DNA of 64,000 nucleotides, taken from IMG/VR virus record IMGVR_UViG_3300036770_004547, one strand, 5' to 3'. This DNA is from an uncultured virus (IMG/VR IMGVR_UViG_3300036770_004547) (Duplodnaviria > Heunggongvirae > Uroviricota > Caudoviricetes). How positions within the stretch are numbered: position 1 is the first letter of the stretch; each line of letters begins with the position of its first letter. Both the position numbers and the translations under genes were made by a program. Below are positions 36,138-44,509 of this stretch, one piece after another. The notes beneath the pieces are model-generated. The model searched no databases and was not told where the DNA came from. It saw only the letters and a list, made by a program, of their open reading frames with translations.

Positions 36138-36378
36138 TCTTGATGACGCACACATCATGTGCCGTTGTCATGAGCAGGCTGTTGAAGACTTTCAGCTACA
36201 AATTGAGATGGTAGATCTTGAGTTGGCAATGCTTTGTGATAACGGAGATACACTTCCGTATAACGAAGCAAAGGCTCAAGAGCTGGAAGAAAAGAAACTG
36301 AAGTTGCTTAGCGGCAAACGGTTTCATATGAATTCCAGGAATGCGTACTGGTTTTATCTGATGAAAGGAAAGAACTAG
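35965..36378 (+). CDS. Hypothetical protein (start uncertain)
   Basis: ORF track. Confidence 0.45.
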   Translation: MPTNSAVLTKKDNESPKASKSAKTTTSSGIELSTLKEWTIFHPNIQKSFYQNLKPPTDLDDAHIMCRCHEQAVEDFQLQIEMVDLELAMLCDNGDTLPYNEAKAQELEEKKLKLLSGKRFHMNSRNAYWFYLMKGKN

Positions 36379-36410
36379 GGGGAATAAACTGAAGAAAAGA
36401 TTAGGGTGCC

Positions 36411-36671
36411 ATGACTGACGACGGACTTACACGGTTGTTTGATTCATTTACGCAGGGTGGCACCCCCCTTCCTGCGTTGATTGGTAACAAGATGGAGTGG
36501 CAAGTTACAGTACTTACCGCTGCCATGATTGCCAATGAAAACCTAGCCTCATCAATGACGGCAGAAGAGATGGTTGATGCTTCCATTAACTACACTCATG
36601 TCATCCAAGAGCGGCTTGGTTACTACCAGCAAAACCAAATGCATTCTTTAGAACGGCTTCTCGAAAAGTAA
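36411..36671 (+). CDS. Hypothetical protein
   Basis: ORF track. Confidence 0.6.
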   Translation: MTDDGLTRLFDSFTQGGTPLPALIGNKMEWQVTVLTAAMIANENLASSMTAEEMVDASINYTHVIQERLGYYQQNQMHSLERLLEK

Positions 36672-36708
36672 AAACCTGCTATTGTTGCAGGGTTCTACAC
36701 TTCTAGAA

Positions 36709-36903
36709 ATGGAAGTCATTCCTAAGTCTGTTGTATCGATTCAAGTTTCATTTGAGATGGATCTTGAGTATGACCCATTTACTGGCCGTACTCTAGATAG
36801 TCTCTTGGCTTTGGTCGAAGATGATCTTTTTGATGCAGTTAATGAATTGCGTCCTGAGATCCAAGATGTTTACCACATGCAAACCAAACTGATCAATGAC
36901 TAA
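36709..36903 (+). CDS. Hypothetical protein
   Basis: ORF track, start trimmed. Confidence 0.55.
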   Translation: MEVIPKSVVSIQVSFEMDLEYDPFTGRTLDSLLALVEDDLFDAVNELRPEIQDVYHMQTKLIND

Positions 36904-37132
36904 CTCATTTGACTACCAGGAAATTCTTAACAATTGGAGCGTTAAACTAGAACAGCAAAAGGCTGATTTCCTGGAGCATTTGTACAATGTGTATCGGCCT
37001 AGTAACCACACATACACCGGCCTATGGGAACGCTTCTGTGTTACGGAGGCTGGTCCGATCATGCGTGACCGGTACTTTGAAATGTTGGATGCTATTGCAC
37101 AGTATGAAGCGTTTCAAAATCAAACTAATTAA
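36896..37132 (+). CDS. Hypothetical protein
   Basis: KADFLEHLYNVY..YTGLW. Confidence 0.6.
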   Translation: MTNSFDYQEILNNWSVKLEQQKADFLEHLYNVYRPSNHTYTGLWERFCVTEAGPIMRDRYFEMLDAIAQYEAFQNQTN

Positions 37133-37183
37133 TTGACATTCTTCAGGCCCACTGCCAAAGTGGGTCTGATACTTCCTTTTGTT

Positions 37184-37402
37184 ATGGACAAAGAAGAAGT
37201 AGAAGCAATGTTAAAGCATGTGCTTCGGTATTTAGATTTGGGTTTGTTGTCTTACATTGGGTATCCACCTGATGCAGATGTTCCAAACCCAGATGATTTT
37301 ATTGAAGGCTACGGCAAATGTATTGAGGATTTTATTCATGAAACCCAACGATTCGGATTTGATCTCAGAGTACAACTCGACCAGGAGGCTGGGGAATCCT
37401 GA
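37184..37402 (+). CDS. Hypothetical protein
   Basis: ORF track, start trimmed. Confidence 0.5.
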   Translation: MDKEEVEAMLKHVLRYLDLGLLSYIGYPPDADVPNPDDFIEGYGKCIEDFIHETQRFGFDLRVQLDQEAGES

Positions 37403-37442
37403 TACTGCAGCCGCTGGTGATTCAAAACAATTACGTGAGAAC

Positions 37443-37667
37443 ATGCACGACACTACCAACGCAACAACAGCTCTTGATCAGTTAATTGAACAACGTGTTT
37501 ATAAAGAATTTGTAGAGCAATTTTCGGACACTGTTGTAAGTGCAGAAGATCAGCTTGATTTTACTCGTCTTGCAGAAGGAATTCTTGAAGTATTGCAAGA
37601 ACAACTGGCGTATCATCAACAAAAAGTTCAGTACTATACAAATATTCTCAAAGAACTTACGCTATGA
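37443..37667 (+). CDS. Hypothetical protein
   Basis: ORF track, start trimmed. Confidence 0.55.
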   Translation: MHDTTNATTALDQLIEQRVYKEFVEQFSDTVVSAEDQLDFTRLAEGILEVLQEQLAYHQQKVQYYTNILKELTL

Positions 37668-37870
37668 AACGCAAGATTCATTGGGTATGCCATGAGTGTG
37701 GCATGAAGTATGGTAGGTGGTACCAGGGGCGTGTGTACTCTGGTCCACCTAAACACTGTGCTACATACCACATGGGCAAGTGTGAAGTCTGTGACTTGAT
37801 TAATGTGCCCGTGACTGAACCCAGGGACTACGGCCAGTTAGTTACATCAAAGATGCCTCGAATAGAATAA
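37664..37870 (+). CDS. Small zinc-finger protein
   Basis: CHECG..CEVC..VTEPRDYG. Confidence 0.65.
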   Translation: MKRKIHWVCHECGMKYGRWYQGRVYSGPPKHCATYHMGKCEVCDLINVPVTEPRDYGQLVTSKMPRIE

Positions 37871-37888
37871 ATAAAATGCTTTAAGTCA

Positions 37889-39208
37889 ATGCCGTTATAC
37901 AGAGATCCTAATAGCCATAATCTCTATGAAGTTATTAAAGTTCAAACGTGTAGCGGCCAACCACTTGAAGTAACAACCGCAAGTGGTAATACGGTTTATT
38001 TTCAACCAGCAACAACAGCAGGTGATGCGTTCGGTAGATTACGAACGTCATCACCTTTAACTCTTTTTGATTCAAGCCATCGTTACCGTGACAATGGACT
38101 GTGGGCTACAGCTACAGGAGTTAACAGCACCTACGTGTTTAGCAGTGGTGAAGGTTTAGTCAACCTCACTGTTGATACAACATCTGGTGCTTATGTTACC
38201 AGGGAAACAACAAAAGTGTGTTCTTATCAGCCAGGGAAGTCCCTGCAGGTAATGAATACATTTGTTATGGCTTCTGGTAAAGCAAACCTTAGGCAACGTG
38301 TTGGATATTTTGGTGTAGCAAACGGTGTTTATTTAGAAGTTAGCGGTACTGCAACACCTGCTTTTGTTGAACGTAATTCTGTTTCTGGTTCAGTAGCAGA
38401 AACGCGAGTGCCCCAGGCTAGCTGGAATGAAGACAAGTTGGATGGTAATGGCCCATCTGGTTTTACATTAGACATTACTAAGGCTCAAATCTCTTGGTTT
38501 GATATTGAATGGCTTGGTCTTGGTACAGTACGTGCTGGTTTTGTTATTAATGGTAAGTTAATTCATTGTCATTCATTCCATCATGCAAACTTAATTACTT
38601 CTACCTACATGACAACGGCATCTTTGCCGTTGCGTTATGAAATTACTAATCTTGGTACTACCGCTAGCAATAGTACATTAAAGCAAGTCTGTTCGACTGT
38701 ACTGTCAGAAGGTGGTTATGAACTAAGAGGTGCACAGTCTACTGTTGGTATTCCTGTTGCTACTCCATACGATTTAACCAATGCATCTACGTTTTATCCG
38801 GTTATTTCTATTCGACTTAAATCTGATTTTCTTGATGCAATTGTTATTTTGACAGCATTGTCAATCATGGGTATCACTAATAATGCAAGTTATAACTGGA
38901 AAGTAGTTATTGGTGGTACTACCACAGGGGGTAGTTGGGTGTCCGCTGGTGATGACTCTGCTGTTGAGTACAACATTACAGGTACCAGCTTTACTCAAGG
39001 TACTGGACGTGGCTTGGCTAGTGGTTTTGCTAACGGTTCCAACCAAGGTTCTTCTGTTATTGATATCTTAAAAGAAGCGTTGTTTAAGTCTCAGCTTGAA
39101 CGCAATGGACTTACAAATACCGCACTTGAATTAACCTTGACATGCGCCAGTGAAGATGCAGGTGCTGATATTCTGGCAACAATGGACTGGGAAGAAGTTG
39201 CAAGATGA
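37889..39208 (+). CDS. Virion structural protein (beta-rich)
   Basis: DAFGRLRTSSPLTLFDSSHRY..YQPGKS..DIEWLGLGTVR..WEE. Confidence 0.7.
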   Translation: MPLYRDPNSHNLYEVIKVQTCSGQPLEVTTASGNTVYFQPATTAGDAFGRLRTSSPLTLFDSSHRYRDNGLWATATGVNSTYVFSSGEGLVNLTVDTTSGAYVTRETTKVCSYQPGKSLQVMNTFVMASGKANLRQRVGYFGVANGVYLEVSGTATPAFVERNSVSGSVAETRVPQASWNEDKLDGNGPSGFTLDITKAQISWFDIEWLGLGTVRAGFVINGKLIHCHSFHHANLITSTYMTTASLPLRYEITNLGTTASNSTLKQVCSTVLSEGGYELRGAQSTVGIPVATPYDLTNASTFYPVISIRLKSDFLDAIVILTALSIMGITNNASYNWKVVIGGTTTGGSWVSAGDDSAVEYNITGTSFTQGTGRGLASGFANGSNQGSSVIDILKEALFKSQLERNGLTNTALELTLTCASEDAGADILATMDWEEVAR

Positions 39209-39249
39209 CATGTTAATAACTGATAAACTAGAAGTACTGATAGAAACTT

Positions 39250-39801
39250 ATGTATACCCCTGGTCCTCAAGCGGTTCCTGTGCCTCAGGCTTCTGTGGTA
39301 CAAGAGGTTCCTCAACCACAAGAGAAACCCAAGACACCTGGTAAATCTAAAGGTGGTGATGTTGGTTCTTTCATTCAGCAGTGCATTTCTCTTTGTTCTT
39401 ACTTAAAAGAACTTGAGACCCAGAGCCACCTAATTCACTTGAACTACGAAGGCGGAAACTTCTTTGGGGTCCATGCATTCTTAAAGGATCAATACGAAGC
39501 ACATCTGGAGCAGTTCGATACACTTGCTGAGTTTATTAGGAGTATGGATTATCTTATGCCTATGTGTGGCATGGGTCTTGCTAATGCCTCCCCAGGGATT
39601 CAGAAAGTCACTAGCTACAAAGGAACAGAGCAGCTTGGGGTGTACTACAAAAACCTTGAAGAGCTGGGTATGAAAGCTAAAAAACTTGAACCCATTGCAC
39701 AAAAAGTCGGTGCCATTGATATTGCTAATTATCTTGCTGACCTTACTGGTCAAGCTTTTAAAGCAGCTTGGTTCATTAAGGCCACATTAAGGAATGGGTA
39801 A
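39250..39801 (+). CDS. dps: Dps/ferritin-like protein
   Basis: HLIHLNYEGGNFFGVHAFLKDQY..FDTLAEFIR..KAAWFI. Confidence 0.8.
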   Translation: MYTPGPQAVPVPQASVVQEVPQPQEKPKTPGKSKGGDVGSFIQQCISLCSYLKELETQSHLIHLNYEGGNFFGVHAFLKDQYEAHLEQFDTLAEFIRSMDYLMPMCGMGLANASPGIQKVTSYKGTEQLGVYYKNLEELGMKAKKLEPIAQKVGAIDIANYLADLTGQAFKAAWFIKATLRNG

Positions 39802-40712
39802 TGGATATTTTCCAAAATCTTTTAAACAAAGTAAAGGGTGCATATAAACAAGCAGATAAAGCTGCAGGTGGTTGGTTGCCAGGGGGTGGTACTGCTGCTC
39901 CTCCTGTACGTGCTATGCAAACCGTAGCTCCTATTGCCGGACGTTTAGCAGGTGCAATTAGAGATCAAGCCGTAATTCCCGTGCTTGATAAAGGTATTGA
40001 AACTGGCGTATTGCCTACCAAGGAGGCAATGTTCGCTCGTTATTTAACAGGAACAAGCAAACCATTAACAGTGTATCCTGCACCTTTATTAAATGAAATT
40101 TCAAATGCTTATGAGAAAGTGGCAATAGATACAACAAAAGAGGATGTTAATAAAATTTTTAAACAAGAAAATCCTTTGTATCGTCAATATGAAACATCTC
40201 AAAATAAACTCAGCAGTTTAAACAAAAGATTGCTAAATCAAGCTGAAATTAATCAAAGACAACCCTCTGCAGAAGATTTGCAAAAAATAAAACAATATGA
40301 ACAGAAAACAAATAGTCTTCGTGAATCTTTAGGCCTTACTCAATTTGATGCAATAACAGGAAATATTCCCAGCTCAACATTAAATGAACAAGAAAGATTA
40401 AACATAATTCAAAGACACAATCTTGTTCAACCGGGCAATGTAAATGTTCTTTACGATTCTGCTTACGGTGTAATGCCAAGAGAGGTGCAACTTTCTCTTG
40501 GTCGGTTTGCCATAAAAAATAACACAATCCAAGATAGATATAAATTTGATGATTTACAAATAGGCCGTCAACAGGTAGATGGATTTGGCAATGTATATCC
40601 TGATGCTGCAGGTGGTGGCGTATTAGGTTCTAATTTAATTGAAATGGGTCTTAAAACAGGAATTTTAAACCCGAAATCTGGTTACGATATTAGAATTCCA
40701 TATAAAAAATAG
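39801..40712 (+). CDS. Hypothetical protein
   Basis: ORF track; TAATG-coupled. Confidence 0.65.
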   Translation: MDIFQNLLNKVKGAYKQADKAAGGWLPGGGTAAPPVRAMQTVAPIAGRLAGAIRDQAVIPVLDKGIETGVLPTKEAMFARYLTGTSKPLTVYPAPLLNEISNAYEKVAIDTTKEDVNKIFKQENPLYRQYETSQNKLSSLNKRLLNQAEINQRQPSAEDLQKIKQYEQKTNSLRESLGLTQFDAITGNIPSSTLNEQERLNIIQRHNLVQPGNVNVLYDSAYGVMPREVQLSLGRFAIKNNTIQDRYKFDDLQIGRQQVDGFGNVYPDAAGGGVLGSNLIEMGLKTGILNPKSGYDIRIPYKK

Positions 40713-40728
40713 TTAGTTGTTTCAGTGC

Positions 40729-41232
40729 TCAAGCTTGTAATAATTGCAGCATAGTAGAAATATCTTTTAAAACATTCTTTGGTACAAAATAAGCTGGGCG
40801 TCCTCGTGCAGGGTCAGCCCAATATTTCTCTTTCATACCATCTTTTCCATAGCACCAGCCATGGATTAGTGTTTGTTTATTCTCGATTGTTACCAAGACA
40901 AACCGTTTATTTGGATTTTCATTTCGTTGAATAATTAAATCATATTTATGTTTGCTTCTTGTTTTAACATCAATATCACCAGGTAAATCTGAACTGTTTC
41001 TGTTAGCTTCTGTTTCTAAATATAAAAAATCTTTTAAATTTAAATAAGAAGCTACAGCCATTTCTCCTGCTGCTCCAAGTAAATGAATCTCTAATGCTTT
41101 TGATCCAATTGATGCACCACCATTGCGTCCTCTAAGTTTTTTTGTTTCATTAACTTGTTGACGACGTTTTCCTTCTTTAAGTGCTTGCTGACGTTCATCG
41201 TCTGAAAAAACAAACGCAACAGGGGTGTGCAT
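40729..41232 (-). CDS. Putative PD-(D/E)xK nuclease-like protein
   Basis: GAAGEMAVA..SDLPGDIDVKT; AT-rich. Confidence 0.55.
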   Translation of the reverse strand: MHTPVAFVFSDDERQQALKEGKRRQQVNETKKLRGRNGGASIGSKALEIHLLGAAGEMAVASYLNLKDFLYLETEANRNSSDLPGDIDVKTRSKHKYDLIIQRNENPNKRFVLVTIENKQTLIHGWCYGKDGMKEKYWADPARGRPAYFVPKNVLKDISTMLQLLQA

Positions 41233-41265
41233 TTTATAAATAGACAATACCAAGAGTATAGCCAA

Positions 41266-41805
41266 TTAAACGCTGAAATATTGTTTGACTGTGTCGATAG
41301 ACACAGGCGTAAAATCATTGCGTTCTACACATGCATTGAAATATTTTTTATCAGGTTTATCTCCATCCATCACAAGATGGCAATGGGTATGACCATGAAC
41401 ATTCCCTCGGTAGTGACCAGATAAACAAGAAGGGTGCACAGGGATGTGCGTAAAGATCAGACCGCCAAGAAAATCAGAGCCTGGTTTAAAGAAAAATGCA
41501 CCGCGTACATCTTCAAAGTACTGAGAAAAATCTTTAAGCTGACCCTGATCATGGTTGCCACGAATCAGAATCTTTCTTCCGTTCAGACGGGTGAGTACCT
41601 TAAGACTGGGTCGTGGCATAACGACATCACCTAGGTGGTACACAGTGTCATGGTTACTCACGGTGTTATTCCAGTTAATAACTATGGTCTCGTCCATCTC
41701 TTCTACGCAAGAGAATGGACGCAACGGTAAGCCACTAGGGTCAACAAAAGAAAGACTTTTGGCGTGACCAAAGTGGGTATCTGCAATAACAAAGATGTTT
41801 GCCAC
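41266..41805 (-). CDS. Calcineurin-like metallophosphoesterase
   Basis: DTHFGH, HLGDV, GNHD, THIP, HGHTH. Confidence 0.9.
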   Translation of the reverse strand: MANIFVIADTHFGHAKSLSFVDPSGLPLRPFSCVEEMDETIVINWNNTVSNHDTVYHLGDVVMPRPSLKVLTRLNGRKILIRGNHDQGQLKDFSQYFEDVRGAFFFKPGSDFLGGLIFTHIPVHPSCLSGHYRGNVHGHTHCHLVMDGDKPDKKYFNACVERNDFTPVSIDTVKQYFSV

Positions 41806-41979
41806 TTACTTTGCGTGCTTTACATACTTTGTGTAATAGATATATCCTACATAATCACTGCAAAGATGACAGAAAAAATCTCCGCCATTATTTTCTGCAT
41901 GTGTCATGCACCAATACCATTCTTCAAAGCATTGTCCAAACCACCACCAACCAACAAATAGCCTTTCAAAAAAATTCAT
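41806..41979 (-). CDS. Small Trp/Cys-rich protein (not in track)
   Basis: MNFFERLFVGWWWFGQCFEEWYWC... Confidence 0.45.
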   Translation of the reverse strand: MNFFERLFVGWWWFGQCFEEWYWCMTHAENNGGDFFCHLCSDYVGYIYYTKYVKHAK

Positions 41980-41995
41980 TGGTTTTTAATTTAGA

Positions 41996-42102
41996 GTCGT
42001 CTGCATGGGATTCGAACCCACATCGCTAAAACCCACTGACTGAAGTACTGCGTCCAGTACCCAAGTGGGGAGCCGCCTTATCCGTTAGTTCGCAACAGAC
42101 GA
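41996..42102 (-). ncRNA. tRNA-like domain lacking an anticodon loop
   Basis: Acceptor TCGTCTG/CAGACGA, D-like loop with GG, T arm GTGGG-TTCGAAT-CCCAT; anticodon arm replaced by a ~50-nt bulged stem. Confidence 0.75.
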
Positions 42103-42536
42103 GTGACCCATCTGTTTGAGCTTCATCTCGAATTCATTTGTCATTCGCGAATAGCAAATAAACCCTTGGTAAGAGATAGGCTTGATGGGTGTTTGAACGG
42201 GTCTAACCTGCGATCCGTAAGGGGTACCTTTCCCTTCAAAGGCTCTGCAGAGTCCAGGGCGGTTGGCCAACCGTATATAGTCCGTCGAGCTTGCCAAATG
42301 GGTCCCCGGCTCAAAGGTGGACTAATCCCCTACGCAAACCAGCAACGTTCGAAAAAGGTCCGAACCAGAATCGACGCAGTGCCCATTCCTGTTGGCTGCA
42401 CCCTACCGACAGAGCAGTAGGGGTGGTTGAACAGTCCTCCCAAGGCAAGTGCCAAGTTCAGACTGTGGGATAGATGGACCAGGTGTGTCGCCTTCTAGGC
42501 TGTTTGCCTAACGCGCACAGGGACCTGGTTTCTATC
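41996..42536 (-). ncRNA. Putative large (~540 nt) structured ncRNA
   Basis: Extended -10 TGTTATACT at 42552-42544; contiguous helical domains; no credible ORF. Confidence 0.7.
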
Positions 42537-42554
42537 AAAAATTAGTATAACAGA

Positions 42555-42620
42555 AATTCCTGGTTGCTCAAGCCAGGAACGGCAACTTTCGGAATCCCAT
42601 CCAATGGATAGTTGAGCAAT
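42555..42620 (-). ncRNA. Putative ~65-nt pseudoknotted small RNA
   Basis: TATAAT at 42629-42624; 5' TTGCTCAA is complementary to the loop of TTCCTGG-CTTGAGCAA-CCAGGAA. Confidence 0.5.
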
Positions 42621-42630
42621 GTGATTATAA

Positions 42631-42801
42631 CTATTTTTTCTTAGCAGCAGCTTCTTTCTTTTTGGCGATCATCTCTTTAAACTTGTCGCGAGCGGCAGCT
42701 TGCTTGTCGGTAGCACCAGTCTTACTTTTAGCAGGGGCAGCCTTACCTTTCATCTCAGGCTTCATTTTGCCTTTAGCAACAGGAGCTTCTTTCTTTTTCA
42801 T
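42631..42801 (-). CDS. Lys/Ala-rich histone-like peptide (56 aa, not in track)
   Basis: MKKKEAPVAKGKMKPEMKGKAAPAKSK...AAAKKK. Confidence 0.6.
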   Translation of the reverse strand: MKKKEAPVAKGKMKPEMKGKAAPAKSKTGATDKQAAARDKFKEMIAKKKEAAAKKK

Positions 42802-42830
42802 GATGTTTTAGGATCTATTACAATTTTAAC

Positions 42831-43025
42831 TCACTTCTTTTTGCGAGCAGCTTTACTTGCTTTCTTTGCTGCTTCAGTATTGGGAACAAACTGCTTGCCT
42901 TGTTTACTACCCGCTTTCTTCTTGGCATCTGTCTTGGCGCGTTCCTCTTTTGAAAGAGAAGCCCATGCTTTCTCTGGGAGGTAGCGTTTAGTTTGTCCTT
43001 TCTCAATTGCTTTATCGGCTGCCAT
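42831..43025 (-). CDS. Small basic protein
   Basis: RYLPEKAWASLSKEERAKTDAKKK. Confidence 0.65.
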   Translation of the reverse strand: MAADKAIEKGQTKRYLPEKAWASLSKEERAKTDAKKKAGSKQGKQFVPNTEAAKKASKAARKKK

Positions 43026-43309
43026 TACTTTGACTCCTTATACTTTTTAGCTGCTGACTTAGCCTTAGATCTTTTTTCATACTCTTCTCGAGTACTCCAT
43101 TTTTCTTTGCTCCACTTTTCTAAATCTTTTTGTTTTTCACCCTTGCCACCTTTGTATCCGCCGCCGGCTTTTTCGTATTCCTGAGCTAATAGTTGCGAGC
43201 GTCTTGCGCTCCATTGACCCGGCTTGCCTCCCTTAGAACTTGCCATGATGCGATCTTTAATTCGCTCACGGAGTTCTGGCTTTGTGTACTTGCTATCGTC
43301 TTGCGCCAC
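43025..43309 (-). CDS. Small basic protein
   Basis: YTKPELRERIK..GGKPGQWSAR..YEKAGGGY..LEKWSKEKW. Confidence 0.7.
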   Translation of the reverse strand: MAQDDSKYTKPELRERIKDRIMASSKGGKPGQWSARRSQLLAQEYEKAGGGYKGGKGEKQKDLEKWSKEKWSTREEYEKRSKAKSAAKKYKESK

Positions 43310-43353
43310 ACGCAGTACTGTTGACCGTACTAACTATTTTAAATCAACAGTAT

Positions 43354-43575
43354 TTAACCCATAAAGAATGGGGGTTTGCTGCCAGGGTTCTTAGATTTAT
43401 CTTCCATTTGACGCATGATATCTTCAACGGATTCAAGTGACTCAATACGAATCAACAAATCGGTAAGCGTTGAAATGACAATAGGATGCTCAGACCTTGC
43501 AGCAAATGCAAGTGCATCACGCAAGTTGTTCGCTGCTTGGTTGACTGATTCCTTGACTTGCGTACTCAGTGCCAT
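43354..43575 (-). CDS. Conserved small cyanophage-type protein
   Basis: MALSTQVKESV..LRDALAFAARSEHP. Confidence 0.65.
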   Translation of the reverse strand: MALSTQVKESVNQAANNLRDALAFAARSEHPIVISTLTDLLIRIESLESVEDIMRQMEDKSKNPGSKPPFFMG

Positions 43576-43771
43576 CTGTGATTGTTTCGGTGCTGTTGTC
43601 AGTATAAACATTGTTTCCTGCATTTTGTTTGGAAAGGATTAAGCTTTGAAGCAATGCGTCGTATTGTCCCAGGGCTTGTGATCCTTGTTCTATTGCATCT
43701 TGATATTGTTTCATAGTTCAGATCTGTAGTAAATACGGGAAACATTAATTAAATGTAGTGGTTTAATCATA

Positions 43772-44509
43772 TCAGGACAACTTGTGTAGCACCGGAATGT
43801 TGTACATCCCAATGTTTCCATAACCACTATCTGCAAATGCAAAACAGATGTTTGTGGTGTCGCAGTCCCAGGTGAGAGTGCGAGGGTTCACACCTGAGAA
43901 ACGTAAGCCCTCAGCAAACGGAAGTGCTTTGTAAACACAAAAGCAATTAAAGGTTGACGCTACGGGAAGAAGGTTGGGTAGTTCGGAAACCTTGGGGCCT
44001 CGGTATTCGGAATCATCTGGATTAATACGTGTTGCCCAACTGTCATAAATCCAGTCAGGTACACCAAACCCATGGGGAAGAATGCTATAACCAGATGCAA
44101 TATTTAAATCCGAATACAAAAGAGGACTAATTTGTTCTGGGCTGTACAAAATGTCTGGTTCAACGCATACAACCTTGTCAAATAAAGCAAGATCGTAAAG
44201 CGTGTGCATTTGATCTAGAGTTTTGTTTCTGGCTTCTGCCAGGTAGCGAACCCTTTCCTCTGCTTTGATTGAACCAAAGTATGGCCAGCCCAAATCAGAG
44301 GTCGTCATTTTTACGGCCTCAAAATGGTTCTGGAATTTTTTTTCTACTAAACGAAGGACTTGTTTGGTGTTGTCCTCTGAATCATTCTCAAATACCGATA
44401 AGTAAAACTTAATGTCGGGATTGTGTTTGGCAAGCAAAACTAATTGATCACACCATGTTGGAACGTGCGGTCCTCGGTTGCGAATGATAGTAGAGATTAA
44501 GCAACGCAT
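43772..44509 (-). CDS. Glycosyltransferase (GT-A)
   Basis: FENDSEDNT..LAEARN..EPD..YDSWATR..STFNC; paralog of 46751-47599. Confidence 0.75.
   Translation of the reverse strand: MRCLISTIIRNRGPHVPTWCDQLVLLAKHNPDIKFYLSVFENDSEDNTKQVLRLVEKKFQNHFEAVKMTTSDLGWPYFGSIKAEERVRYLAEARNKTLDQMHTLYDLALFDKVVCVEPDILYSPEQISPLLYSDLNIASGYSILPHGFGVPDWIYDSWATRINPDDSEYRGPKVSELPNLLPVASTFNCFCVYKALPFAEGLRFSGVNPRTLTWDCDTTNICFAFADSGYGNIGMYNIPVLHKLS

Noticed and set aside
42085..42473. ORFs 42085-42297, 42103-42420 and 42291-42473
   Set aside because: Atypical composition and weak starts; better explained by the structured RNA.
41996..42536. tmRNA, RNase P RNA or group I intron
   Set aside because: No G3-U70 alanine acceptor enclosing the RNA, no RNase P P4 consensus, no recognisable P7 core and no interrupted host gene.
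42555..42620. Hammerhead ribozyme
   Set aside because: GAAA is present but the CUGANGA core is not.
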